DNA of 64,000 nucleotides from Escherichia coli (GTDB lineage Bacteria; Pseudomonadota; Gammaproteobacteria; Enterobacterales; Enterobacteriaceae): NCBI RefSeq assembly GCF_002854065.1, contig NZ_CP024147.1; one strand, 5' to 3'. Shown piece by piece: positions 53,404 to 64,000 of this stretch (position 1 is its first letter; each line of letters starts with the position of its first letter). The notes under the pieces were generated by a model. It saw only the letters and a program-made list of their open reading frames with translations, ran no database searches and was not told where the DNA came from. The position numbers and the translations under genes were made by a program.

Positions 53404-54360
53404 TTAAAACAGCGCCTTAAGTCGTTCCAGCACTTGCATGGCGCTGTAGTAATCCAGACGGAACGTCTCGGTTCCCAACGCATAAACCTGCTTGTTTTGT
53501 ACTGCAGGCAGGTGCGCGAGCAGCGGATTAGCATAAATAGCATCGGCATCTTTCTGATCACCGGCGAACAGGAATAGTGACTCGCCATTTAACCCTGCAG
53601 CCAGATTTTCCCCACCAAGCTGAATGATGTCATGGCGTTTACCCTGACTTTGGCTGGCATTTAACCCTGCGGGTAACTTCGCCAGCGTAAAGCCGAGTTG
53701 TTCCAGCATCTGCCCTTGTGCTGATTCCGGCGTCCAGAGATTGGCACTGTGTGCAGCGGCAGTATAGACAATGGCAGTGACCGGCTGCGGCGGTAATTTG
53801 ATTTGCTCTTTCGCCGCCGCCAGTTGCTTATCAAACTGCGCAATCCGCTCTGCCGCTTGTTTCTCATGCCCGGTAATTTCGCCAAGTTGCGTTAACAGCG
53901 CCTGCCAGCTTTTGTCGTCGTAATTGATGATTAATGTCGGAGCGATGGTGGAAAGCTGATCGTACAGCGCCAGCGCCGAATCACCGCCGGTTGCGCTAAT
54001 TAAAATCAGATCCGGCATTTGCGCGGCAACGGCTTCTGCACTCGGTTCGCCGATATAGAGCCGTTGCAGTTTGCGTTCTTTCGCCACCTTGCTCCACTGG
54101 CGTAAAAAGCCCTGGTCATCCGCGACGCGGTTATTTGGCGTGGTCGCGCCGCTGGCGATCACCGGAGCATCAATCGCCAGCAGTGAGCCGGTCAGGGTGA
54201 CGCTGGTGGAAACAATACGCTGCGGCTGGCTTTCCAGGGTATGAATGCCACGGCTGTCAGTAATCTGACGCGGCCAGTCGGCGGCCTGAACTGCGGCTAT
54301 TCCTGAAAGCAAAAGTCCTGTTAATAGAAGGGCATTGCGGTAGAGCGGGGCGAGTCTCAC
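53404..54360 (-). CDS. fepB: Periplasmic ferric enterobactin-binding protein FepB (318 aa)
   Basis: Signal peptide then class III SBP fold sequence. Confidence 0.9.
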   Translation of the reverse strand: MRLAPLYRNALLLTGLLLSGIAAVQAADWPRQITDSRGIHTLESQPQRIVSTSVTLTGSLLAIDAPVIASGATTPNNRVADDQGFLRQWSKVAKERKLQRLYIGEPSAEAVAAQMPDLILISATGGDSALALYDQLSTIAPTLIINYDDKSWQALLTQLGEITGHEKQAAERIAQFDKQLAAAKEQIKLPPQPVTAIVYTAAAHSANLWTPESAQGQMLEQLGFTLAKLPAGLNASQSQGKRHDIIQLGGENLAAGLNGESLFLFAGDQKDADAIYANPLLAHLPAVQNKQVYALGTETFRLDYYSAMQVLERLKALF

Positions 54361-54497
54361 AAATCAGCTTCCTGTTATTAATGAAGTTAATGCTTCTCAT
54401 TTTCATTGTAACCACAACCAAATGCAACCCCGAGTTGCAGATTGCGTTACCTCAAGAGTTGACATAGTGCGCGTTTGCTTTTAGGTTAGCGACCGAA

Positions 54498-54522
54498 AAT
54501 ATAAATGATAATCATTATTAAA
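54498..54522. promoter_or_regulatory. Fur box in the divergent fepB / entC promoter region
   Basis: AAAATATAAATGATAATCATTATTA, close to Fur consensus. Confidence 0.6.
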
Positions 54523-54548
54523 GCCTTTATCATTTTGTGGAGGATGAT

Positions 54549-55724
54549 ATGGATACGTCACTGGCTGAGGAAGTACAGCAGACCATGGCAACACTTGCGC
54601 CCAATCGCTTTTTCTTTATGTCGCCGTACCGCAGTTTTACGACGTCAGGATGTTTCGCCCGCTTCGATGAACCGGCTGTGAACGGGGATTCGCCTGACAG
54701 TCCCTTCCAGCAAAAACTCGCCGCGCTGTTTGCCGATGCCAAAGCGCAGGGCATCAAAAATCCGGTGATGGTCGGGGCGATTCCCTTCGATCCACGTCAG
54801 CCTTCGTCGCTGTATATTCCCGAATCCTGGCAGTCGTTCTCCCGTCAGGAAAAACAAACTTCCGCACGCCGTTTCACCCGCAGCCAGTTGCTGAATGTGG
54901 TGGAACGCCAGGCAATTCCGGAACAAACCACGTTTGAACAGATGGTTGCCCGCGCCGCCGCACTTACCGCCACGCCGCAGGTCGACAAAGTGGTGTTGTC
55001 ACGGTTGATTGATATCACCACTGACGCCGCCATTGATAGTGGCGTATTGCTGGAACGGTTGATTGCGCAAAACCCGGTTAGTTACAACTTCCATGTGCCG
55101 TTGGCAGATGGTGGCGTCCTGCTGGGGGCCAGCCCGGAACTGCTGCTACGTAAAGACGGCGAGCGTTTTAGCTCCATTCCGTTAGCCGGTTCCGCACGTC
55201 GTCAGCCGGATGAAGTGCTCGATCGCGAAGCGGGTAATCGTCTGCTGGCGTCAGAAAAAGATCGCCATGAACATGAACTGGTGACTCAGGCGATGAAAGA
55301 GGTACTGCGCGAACGCAGTAGTGAGTTACACGTTCCTTCCTCTCCACAATTGATTACCACGCCGACGCTGTGGCATCTCGCAACTCCCTTTGAAGGTAAA
55401 GCGAATTCGCAAGAAAACGCACTGACTCTGGCCTGTCTGCTGCATCCGACCCCCGCGCTGAGCGGTTTCCCGCATCAGGCCGCGACCCAGGTTATTGCTG
55501 AACTGGAGCCGTTCGACCGCGAACTGTTTGGCGGCATTGTGGGTTGGTGTGACAGCGAAGGTAACGGCGAATGGGTGGTGACCATCCGCTGCGCGAAGCT
55601 GCGGGAAAATCAGGTGCGTCTGTTTGCCGGAGCGGGGATTGTGCCTGCGTCGTCACCGTTGGGTGAGTGGCGCGAAACAGGCGTCAAACTTTCTACCATG
55701 TTGAACGTTTTTGGATTGCATTAA
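54549..55724 (+). CDS. entC: Isochorismate synthase EntC (391 aa)
   Basis: From [30 protein letters not shown]... Confidence 0.95.
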   Translation: MDTSLAEEVQQTMATLAPNRFFFMSPYRSFTTSGCFARFDEPAVNGDSPDSPFQQKLAALFADAKAQGIKNPVMVGAIPFDPRQPSSLYIPESWQSFSRQEKQTSARRFTRSQLLNVVERQAIPEQTTFEQMVARAAALTATPQVDKVVLSRLIDITTDAAIDSGVLLERLIAQNPVSYNFHVPLADGGVLLGASPELLLRKDGERFSSIPLAGSARRQPDEVLDREAGNRLLASEKDRHEHELVTQAMKEVLRERSSELHVPSSPQLITTPTLWHLATPFEGKANSQENALTLACLLHPTPALSGFPHQAATQVIAELEPFDRELFGGIVGWCDSEGNGEWVVTIRCAKLRENQVRLFAGAGIVPASSPLGEWRETGVKLSTMLNVFGLH

Positions 55725-55733
55725 GGAGCGATG

Positions 55734-57344
55734 ATGAGCATTCCATTTACCCGCTGGCCAGAAGAGTTTGCCCGTCGCTATCGGGAAAAAGGTTACTGGC
55801 AGGATTTGCCGCTGACCGACATTCTGACTCGCCACGCTGCGAGTGACAGCATCGCGGTTATCGACGGCGAGCGGCAGTTGAGTTATCGGGAGCTGAATCA
55901 GGCGGCGGATAACCTCGCGTGTAGTTTGCGCCGTCAGGGAATTAAACCTGGTGAAACCGCGCTGGTACAACTTGGTAACGTCGCTGAACTTTATATTACC
56001 TTTTTCGCGCTGCTGAAACTGGGCGTTGCGCCGGTGCTGGCGCTGTTCAGCCATCAGCGTAGTGAACTGAACGCCTATGCCAGCCAGATTGAACCGGCGT
56101 TACTGATTGCCGATCGCCAACATGCGCTGTTTAGCGGGGATGATTTCCTCAACACATTTGTTGCAGAGCATTCTTCTATTCGCGTGGTGCAACTGCACAA
56201 CGACAGCGGTGAGCATAACTTGCAGGATGCGATTAACCATCCGGCAGACGGTTTTACTGCCACGCCGTCACCTGCTGATGAAGTGGCCTATTTCCAGCTT
56301 TCCGGCGGCACCACCGGCACACCGAAACTGATCCCGCGCACTCATAACGACTACTACTACAGCGTGCGTCGTAGCGTCGAGATTTGTCAGTTTACGCAAC
56401 AGACGCGCTACCTGTGCGCGATCCCGGCGGCTCATAACTACGCCATGAGTTCGCCAGGATCGCTGGGCGTCTTTCTTGCCGGAGGAACGGTTGTTCTGGC
56501 GGCCGATCCCAGCGCCACGCTCTGTTTCCCATTGATTGAAAAACATCAGATTAACGTTACCGCGCTGGTGCCGCCGGCAGTCAGCCTGTGGTTGCAGGCG
56601 CTGACCGAAGGCGAAAGCCGGGCGCAGCTTGCCTCGCTGAAACTGTTACAGGTCGGCGGCGCACGTCTTTCAGCCACGCTTGCGGCCCGTATTCCCGCTG
56701 AGATTGGCTGCCAGTTGCAGCAGGTGTTTGGCATGGCGGAAGGGCTGGTGAACTACACCCGTCTTGATGATAGCGAGGAGAAAATTATCCATACCCAGGG
56801 TTACCCAATGTGTCCGGACGATGAAGTGTGGGTTGCTGATGCCGAAGGAAATCCACTGCCGCAAGGGGAAGTTGGACGCCTGATGACGCGCGGGCCGTAC
56901 ACCTTCCGCGGTTATTACAAAAGCCCGCAGCACAATGCCAGTGCCTTTGATGCCAACGGTTTTTACTGTTCCGGCGATCTGATCTCTATTGATCCAGAGG
57001 GTTACATCACCGTGCAGGGGCGCGAGAAAGATCAGATCAACCGTGGCGGCGAGAAGATCGCTGCCGAAGAGATCGAAAACCTGTTGCTGCGCCATCCGGC
57101 GGTGATCTACGCCGCACTGGTCAGTATGGAAGATGAGCTGATGGGCGAAAAAAGCTGTGCTTATCTGGTGGTAAAAGAGCCGCTGCGCGCGGTGCAGGTG
57201 CGTCGTTTCCTGCGTGAACAGGGTATTGCCGAATTTAAATTACCGGATCGCGTGGAGTGTGTGGATTCACTTCCGCTGACGGCGGTCGGGAAAGTCGATA
57301 AAAAACAATTACGTCAGTGGCTGGCGTCACGCGCATCAGCCTGA
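55734..57344 (+). CDS. entE: 2,3-dihydroxybenzoate-AMP ligase EntE (536 aa)
   Basis: Adenylate-forming enzyme motifs ([14 protein letters not shown]). Confidence 0.95.
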   Translation: MSIPFTRWPEEFARRYREKGYWQDLPLTDILTRHAASDSIAVIDGERQLSYRELNQAADNLACSLRRQGIKPGETALVQLGNVAELYITFFALLKLGVAPVLALFSHQRSELNAYASQIEPALLIADRQHALFSGDDFLNTFVAEHSSIRVVQLHNDSGEHNLQDAINHPADGFTATPSPADEVAYFQLSGGTTGTPKLIPRTHNDYYYSVRRSVEICQFTQQTRYLCAIPAAHNYAMSSPGSLGVFLAGGTVVLAADPSATLCFPLIEKHQINVTALVPPAVSLWLQALTEGESRAQLASLKLLQVGGARLSATLAARIPAEIGCQLQQVFGMAEGLVNYTRLDDSEEKIIHTQGYPMCPDDEVWVADAEGNPLPQGEVGRLMTRGPYTFRGYYKSPQHNASAFDANGFYCSGDLISIDPEGYITVQGREKDQINRGGEKIAAEEIENLLLRHPAVIYAALVSMEDELMGEKSCAYLVVKEPLRAVQVRRFLREQGIAEFKLPDRVECVDSLPLTAVGKVDKKQLRQWLASRASA

Positions 57345-57357
57345 AGGAGAGAACACG

Positions 57358-58214
57358 ATGGCTATTCCAAAATTACAGGCTTACGCACTGCCGGAGTCTC
57401 ACGATATCCCTAAGAATAAAGTCGACTGGCCCTTTGAACCGCAACGTGCCGCGTTGTTAATCCATGATATGCAGGACTATTTTGTCAGCTTCTGGGGTGA
57501 GAACTGCCCGATGATGGAGCAGGTGATCGCGAATATTGCGGTACTGCGCGACTACTGCAAACAGCACAATATCCCGGTTTATTACACCGCCCAGCCGAAA
57601 GAGCAAAGCGATGAAGATAGGGCGCTGTTGAATGATATGTGGGGGCCGGGCCTGACCCGCTCGCCGGAACAGCAAAAGGTGGTGGATCGCCTGACGCCAG
57701 ATGCCGACGACACGGTGCTGGTGAAGTGGCGCTACAGCGCGTTTCATCGTTCTCCGCTGGAGCAAATGCTCAAAGAGAGTGGACGTAACCAGCTGATTAT
57801 TACAGGGGTATATGCCCACATTGGCTGTATGACCACCGCAACCGACGCATTTATGCGCGATATTAAACCGTTTATGGTGGCGGATGCGCTGGCCGATTTC
57901 AGCCGTGACGAGCATTTGATGTCGCTGAAATATGTGGCCGGACGTTCTGGCCGGGTGGTGATGACCGAAGAATTACTGCCAGCACCTATCCCCGCCAGCA
58001 AAGCGGCGCTGCGTGAGGTTATCCTGCCGTTGCTGGACGAGTCCGATGAACCGTTCGATGACGACAACCTGATCGACTACGGTCTGGATTCGGTGCGCAT
58101 GATGGCGCTGGCGGCGCGCTGGCGCAAAGTGCATGGCGATATCGACTTTGTCATGCTGGCGAAAAACCCGACCATCGACGCCTGGTGGAAGCTACTCTCC
58201 CGCGAGGTGAAATA

Positions 58215-58215
<1 letters not shown>
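57358..58215 (+). CDS. entB: Isochorismatase / aryl carrier protein EntB (285 aa)
   Basis: Isochorismatase domain plus C-terminal ArCP (DYGLDSVRMM). Confidence 0.95.
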
Positions 58216-59377
<1,162 letters not shown>

Positions 59378-59557
59378 ACCCGACAGAATTAAATGAGATT
59401 GCAGGAAAACTCGGTTAACGGAGTGATCGAGTTAACATTGTTAAGTTAAATATTGGTTTCAACTCCGATTTACATGGTTGCCGTGTTGTTAAATTGTACA
59501 AAGATGTTATAGAAACAAAATGTAACATCTCTATGGACACGCACACGGATAACAACT

Positions 59558-61663
59558 ATGAACAAATCAGGGAAATACCTCGTCTGGACAGTGCTCTCTG
59601 TAATGGGAGCATTTGCTCTGGGATACATTGCTTTAAATCGTGGGGAACAGATCAACGCGCTGTGGATTGTGGTGGCGTCGGTCTGTATCTATCTGATCGC
59701 TTACCGTTTTTATGGGCTGTATATCGCCAAAAATGTGCTGGCGGTTGACCCGACGCGTATGACGCCAGCGGTGCGCCATAACGACGGGCTGGACTATGTG
59801 CCGACGGACAAGAAAGTGCTGTTCGGTCACCATTTTGCGGCCATTGCCGGAGCAGGTCCGTTGGTTGGGCCGGTACTGGCGGCGCAAATGGGTTACCTGC
59901 CGGGGATGATCTGGCTACTCGCCGGGGTGGTTCTCGCCGGTGCAGTGCAGGATTTCATGGTGCTGTTTGTTTCTACGCGTCGTGACGGTCGCTCGCTGGG
60001 TGAGCTGGTCAAAGAAGAGATGGGGCCAACCGCCGGGGTGATAGCGCTGGTGGCCTGCTTTATGATCATGGTCATTATCCTTGCAGTACTGGCGATGATC
60101 GTGGTGAAAGCCCTGACTCATAGCCCGTGGGGAACGTATACCGTTGCGTTCACCATTCCGCTGGCGATTTTTATGGGAATCTACCTGCGCTATCTGCGTC
60201 CGGGGCGTATTGGTGAAGTGTCGGTCATCGGTCTGGTATTCCTGATTTTTGCCATTATCTCTGGCGGCTGGGTGGCAGAAAGTCCGACCTGGGCACCGTA
60301 CTTTGACTTTACCGGCGTGCAGCTAACCTGGATGCTGGTGGGTTACGGTTTTGTGGCGGCGGTGCTGCCGGTGTGGTTGCTGCTGGCTCCGCGTGACTAC
60401 CTCTCTACCTTCCTGAAAATCGGGACGATCGTCGGTCTGGCGGTAGGCATTTTGATTATGCGCCCGACGCTGACCATGCCTGCACTAACTAAATTTGTTG
60501 ATGGTACTGGCCCGGTATGGACCGGTAACCTGTTCCCGTTCCTGTTTATCACCATCGCCTGTGGCGCGGTGTCTGGCTTCCATGCGCTGATCTCTTCCGG
60601 CACCACGCCGAAGATGCTGGCGAACGAAGGGCAGGCGTGCTTTATCGGCTACGGTGGAATGTTAATGGAATCCTTCGTGGCGATTATGGCACTGGTTTCC
60701 GCCTGTATCATCGATCCGGGCGTGTACTTCGCCATGAACAGCCCGATGGCGGTGCTGGCTCCGGCAGGGACGGCTGATGTGGTCGCTTCTGCCGCGCAAG
60801 TGGTGAGTAGCTGGGGCTTTGCGATTACTCCGGATACGCTCAACCAGATTGCCAGCGAAGTGGGGGAACAGTCGATCATTTCCCGTGCGGGCGGTGCGCC
60901 GACGTTGGCGGTGGGGATGGCTTACATCCTGCACGGTGCGCTGGGTGGTATGATGGATGTGGCGTTCTGGTATCACTTCGCCATTCTGTTTGAAGCTCTG
61001 TTTATTCTGACGGCGGTGGATGCAGGTACGCGTGCTGCGCGCTTTATGTTGCAGGATCTGCTGGGCGTGGTTTCTCCGGGCCTGAAACGGACCGATTCAC
61101 TGCCTGCTAACCTGCTGGCAACGGCGCTGTGCGTGCTGGCGTGGGGCTACTTCCTGCATCAGGGTGTGGTCGATCCGCTGGGCGGTATTAACACTCTGTG
61201 GCCGCTGTTTGGTATTGCCAACCAGATGCTGGCAGGGATGGCGCTGATGCTCTGTGCCGTGGTGCTGTTCAAGATGAAACGTCAACGTTACGCCTGGGTG
61301 GCGCTGGTACCAACGGCCTGGCTGCTGATTTGTACCCTGACCGCTGGCTGGCAGAAAGCGTTTAGCCCGGATGCGAAAGTCGGCTTCCTGGCCATTGCTA
61401 ACAAGTTCCAGGCAATGATCGACAGCGGCAATATTCCGTCGCAGTATACTGAGTCACAGCTGGCGCAACTGGTGTTCAACAACCGTCTGGATGCCGGGTT
61501 AACCATCTTCTTTATGGTGGTCGTGGTGGTTCTGGCACTGTTCTCGATTAAGACGGCACTTGCGGCATTGAAAGATCCGAAGCCAACGGCGAAAGAAACG
61601 CCGTATGAGCCGATGCCGGAAAATGTTGAGGAGATCGTAGCGCAGGCGAAAGGCGCGCACTAA
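59558..61663 (+). CDS. cstA: Carbon starvation protein / peptide-pyruvate transporter CstA (701 aa)
   Basis: 701-aa polytopic membrane protein MNKSGKYLVWTVLSVMGAFALGYIALNRGEQ... Confidence 0.95.
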   Translation: MNKSGKYLVWTVLSVMGAFALGYIALNRGEQINALWIVVASVCIYLIAYRFYGLYIAKNVLAVDPTRMTPAVRHNDGLDYVPTDKKVLFGHHFAAIAGAGPLVGPVLAAQMGYLPGMIWLLAGVVLAGAVQDFMVLFVSTRRDGRSLGELVKEEMGPTAGVIALVACFMIMVIILAVLAMIVVKALTHSPWGTYTVAFTIPLAIFMGIYLRYLRPGRIGEVSVIGLVFLIFAIISGGWVAESPTWAPYFDFTGVQLTWMLVGYGFVAAVLPVWLLLAPRDYLSTFLKIGTIVGLAVGILIMRPTLTMPALTKFVDGTGPVWTGNLFPFLFITIACGAVSGFHALISSGTTPKMLANEGQACFIGYGGMLMESFVAIMALVSACIIDPGVYFAMNSPMAVLAPAGTADVVASAAQVVSSWGFAITPDTLNQIASEVGEQSIISRAGGAPTLAVGMAYILHGALGGMMDVAFWYHFAILFEALFILTAVDAGTRAARFMLQDLLGVVSPGLKRTDSLPANLLATALCVLAWGYFLHQGVVDPLGGINTLWPLFGIANQMLAGMALMLCAVVLFKMKRQRYAWVALVPTAWLLICTLTAGWQKAFSPDAKVGFLAIANKFQAMIDSGNIPSQYTESQLAQLVFNNRLDAGLTIFFMVVVVVLALFSIKTALAALKDPKPTAKETPYEPMPENVEEIVAQAKGAH

Positions 61664-61689
61664 AGTCAGAGTGAGGGGGGATGTTGGCG

Positions 61690-61830
61690 AATGTTGGCAT
61701 AGTGCCGAGGGTTCCCCCTCACCCTAACCCTCTCCCCGATGGGGCGAGGGGACTGACCGAGCGCGTTGATAGCATTTGTAGGCCGGATAAAGCGTTCACG
61801 CCGCATCCGGCACTCTTTCAGCAACATGGT
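61690..61830. repeat. Composite intergenic repeat: palindromic CCCTC...GAGGG unit plus REP element, downstream of cstA
   Basis: CCCTCACCCTAACCCTCTCCCCGATGGGGCGAGGGGACTGACC followed by GTAGGCCGGATAAAGCGTTCACGCCGCATCCGGCA. Confidence 0.5.
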
Positions 61831-61844
61831 TAGCGGAGGCCAAG

Positions 61845-62042
61845 ATGTTTGATTCACTGGCAAAAGCCGGAAAATATTTAGGTCAGGCGGCGAAGCTGAT
61901 GATTGGTATGCCTGATTACGACAACTATGTCGAACATATGCGGGTTAACCATCCCGATCAAACGCCGATGACCTACGAAGAGTTTTTCCGTGAGCGGCAG
62001 GACGCGCGCTACGGTGGAAAAGGCGGCGCGCGCTGCTGCTAA
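61845..62042 (+). CDS. ybdD: Small protein YbdD (DUF466, 65 aa), co-transcribed with cstA
   Basis: [58 protein letters not shown]... Confidence 0.85.
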   Translation: MFDSLAKAGKYLGQAAKLMIGMPDYDNYVEHMRVNHPDQTPMTYEEFFRERQDARYGGKGGARCC

Positions 62043-62051
62043 ATTTGCACG

Positions 62052-63140
62052 TCAGGCTTTAAACGATTCCACTTTTTCGAACGCTGCACGCAACGTATCT
62101 GGTGTCAGCGTGACCGGCAGGTAATGAATGGATTCCACCGGACGTAAGGTGTGGGCAATCACTTTGTCGATCTCCGCCTGATTATTGATATCCACTTCCA
62201 GCTCCGCCAGCGTAGTCGGCAGATGAAAACGCTGATACGCTCCAGTTAATTGCGCCAGAACATCATCCTGACCCAGCAAGGCGCTTTGCACCAGAATTCC
62301 GTAGGCGACTTTGGTGCCGTGAAGAAACTTCTCGGTTTGCGGCAGCACGGTCAGACCGTTATGCACGGCATGAGCCGCCGCCACACGCGTAAAACGATCG
62401 CCCAGACCACCGACCATCCCACCACCAGCAATAATAGCATCCACCACATCGCAAAATGATTGCGTTAACTGTTGATTTTGCTGATCGCTCAGCGCCTGTT
62501 CGCTACTGTTTAACAAGACGTCGCGAATGGCCTGCGCATTATTGATTCCCAGCCGCACGGTTAGCGGCAACGTTTCTGGTTGCGGAGCCAGCACCACCGC
62601 TTCATACCATTTCGCCAGCGTATCACCGATCCCCGCCAGCAGATATTGTTGCGGCGCATTGAGGATAATCTCCGGTTCCACCAGCACCATAAAATTGGCG
62701 TCGTCGAAAATCTCATAATGCAGCGCCTGTCCGGCATCGTTATACCAGACGGAGAGCGGTGTCCAGGCGGCGCAGGTGGCGGCGATCGTCGGAGCGGCAA
62801 CAAATGGCAGATCGAGACGGCGGGCGAGGGCTTTCGCGGTGTCGAGCAGTGCGCCGCCGCCGACGCCAATCACCACGCTGCGATCGTCACCGGACTCAGC
62901 CGCCAGTTGCTGTACATCGCTTTCGCTGCAATGACCACGAAACAAAATATGCTTTGCCCCTGGAAGTCCAAACGCTGGCGGAAGTTTGGTTTGCGCCGCA
63001 GCAATGGCGCGTTTGCCGTAGATCCACACCGCGCGAGAAAGTTGTTCATCAGTGAAAAAATCGTGCAGGTGATTGAAACTTCCTGGATGTGAAAAGTAGT
63101 TAGCCGGGCCGACGACCACGCGGATAGGATTGTGAGGCAT
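62052..63140 (-). CDS. ybdH: Iron-containing alcohol dehydrogenase family enzyme YbdH (362 aa)
   Basis: Fe-ADH/glycerol dehydrogenase-like motifs (GGGALLDTAKA, His-rich metal site). Confidence 0.9.
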   Translation of the reverse strand: MPHNPIRVVVGPANYFSHPGSFNHLHDFFTDEQLSRAVWIYGKRAIAAAQTKLPPAFGLPGAKHILFRGHCSESDVQQLAAESGDDRSVVIGVGGGALLDTAKALARRLDLPFVAAPTIAATCAAWTPLSVWYNDAGQALHYEIFDDANFMVLVEPEIILNAPQQYLLAGIGDTLAKWYEAVVLAPQPETLPLTVRLGINNAQAIRDVLLNSSEQALSDQQNQQLTQSFCDVVDAIIAGGGMVGGLGDRFTRVAAAHAVHNGLTVLPQTEKFLHGTKVAYGILVQSALLGQDDVLAQLTGAYQRFHLPTTLAELEVDINNQAEIDKVIAHTLRPVESIHYLPVTLTPDTLRAAFEKVESFKA

Positions 63141-63248
63141 GTTGTGTTGTCCTTATTGTTTTATTTAGACATCTAAACGTCTTGATTGCCAAATACTAGC
63201 ATCGTGTTATAGTGCCTTCAACTCGCAACTTCGTCAGGTACAATAAAA

Positions 63249-64000
63249 ATGACAAATAACCCTCTGATTCCACAAAGCAAACTTCCACAACTTGGCACCA
63301 CTATTTTCACCCAGATGAGCGCGCTGGCGCAGCAACACCAGGCGATTAACCTGTCGCAAGGCTTTCCTGATTTTGATGGTCCGCGCTATTTACAGGAGCG
63401 GCTGGCGTACCACGTTGCCCAGGGGGCAAACCAATACGCGCCCATGACCGGCGTGCAGGCCTTGCGCGAGGCGATTGCTCAGAAAACGGAACGTTTGTAT
63501 GGCTATCAACCAGATGCCGATAGCGATATCACCGTAACGGCAGGGGCGACGGAAGCGTTATACGCGGCGATTACCGCACTGGTGCGCAATGGCGATGAAG
63601 TGATTTGTTTTGATCCCAGCTATGACAGTTACGCCCCCGCCATCGCGCTTTCTGGGGGAATAGTGAAGCGTATGGCACTGCAACCACCGCATTTTCGCGT
63701 TGACTGGCAGGAATTTGCCGCATTGTTAAGCGAGCGCACCAGACTGGTGATCCTCAACACACCACATAACCCTAGCGCTACTGTCTGGCAGCAGGCTGAT
63801 TTCGCCGCTTTGTGGCAGGCGATCGCCGGGCACGAGATTTTTGTCATTAGCGATGAAGTCTACGAGCACATCAACTTTTCACAACAGGGCCATGCCAGTG
63901 TGCTGGCGCATCCGCAGCTGCGTGAGCGGGCAGTGGCGGTGTCATCGTTTGGCAAGACCTATCATATGACCGGCTGGAAAGTGGGTTATTGCATAGCGCC
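63249..64000 (+). CDS. ybdL: PLP-dependent methionine aminotransferase YbdL, 5' part (continues beyond window end)
   Basis: MTNNPLIPQSKLPQLGTTIFTQMSALAQQHQAINLSQGFPDFDGP...; class I aminotransferase with SSFGKTYHMTGWKVGY (lysine motif). Confidence 0.85.
   Translation, partial: MTNNPLIPQSKLPQLGTTIFTQMSALAQQHQAINLSQGFPDFDGPRYLQERLAYHVAQGANQYAPMTGVQALREAIAQKTERLYGYQPDADSDITVTAGATEALYAAITALVRNGDEVICFDPSYDSYAPAIALSGGIVKRMALQPPHFRVDWQEFAALLSERTRLVILNTPHNPSATVWQQADFAALWQAIAGHEIFVISDEVYEHINFSQQGHASVLAHPQLRERAVAVSSFGKTYHMTGWKVGYCIA

Overview
This window is an Escherichia coli-type chromosomal segment (Shigella not excluded) and most of it is well-known gene content; I found no convincingly novel multi-gene system. 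Layout: fimZ 5' end (1-122, -); tRNA-Arg argU (365-441); a ~16.5 kb defective lambdoid, DLP12-like prophage integrated in argU and bounded by a 45-bp direct repeat (397-441 and 16895-16939); envY; ybcH-nfrA-nfrB; cusSR and cusCFBA; pheP; ybdG; nfsB; ybdF, ybdJ, ybdK; two tandem hokE-type toxin modules; the enterobactin cluster (entD, fepA, fes, ybdZ, entF, fepE, fepCGD, entS, fepB, entCEBAH); cstA-ybdD; ybdH; ybdL 5' part. The prophage carries int/xis, a TraR-like zinc-finger gene, rusA, ylcG, the Q antiterminator, an intact nmpC porin, a holin/SAR-endolysin/Rz/Rz1 lysis cassette, a small block of uncharacterised genes, a lambda-type cos site, an in-frame Nu1'-'V chimeric ORF, a G'-'stf junction with intact tfa, a ybcY-like methyltransferase, a tfa remnant split by IS1, appY, and ompT split by IS2. 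The most notable strain-specific observations are ompT::IS2 with a perfect 5-bp target duplication, two in-frame nonsense codons in nfrB beside an intact nfrA, the duplicated hok locus, and the uncharacterised genes and hairpin-rich non-coding stretch between the lysis cassette and cos. Product names come from recognising the translated ORFs against remembered E. coli K-12 and phage lambda proteins; no database search was run. Coordinates I derived by hand (tRNA, IS ends, repeats, terminators, regulatory boxes) may be off by 1-2 bp.
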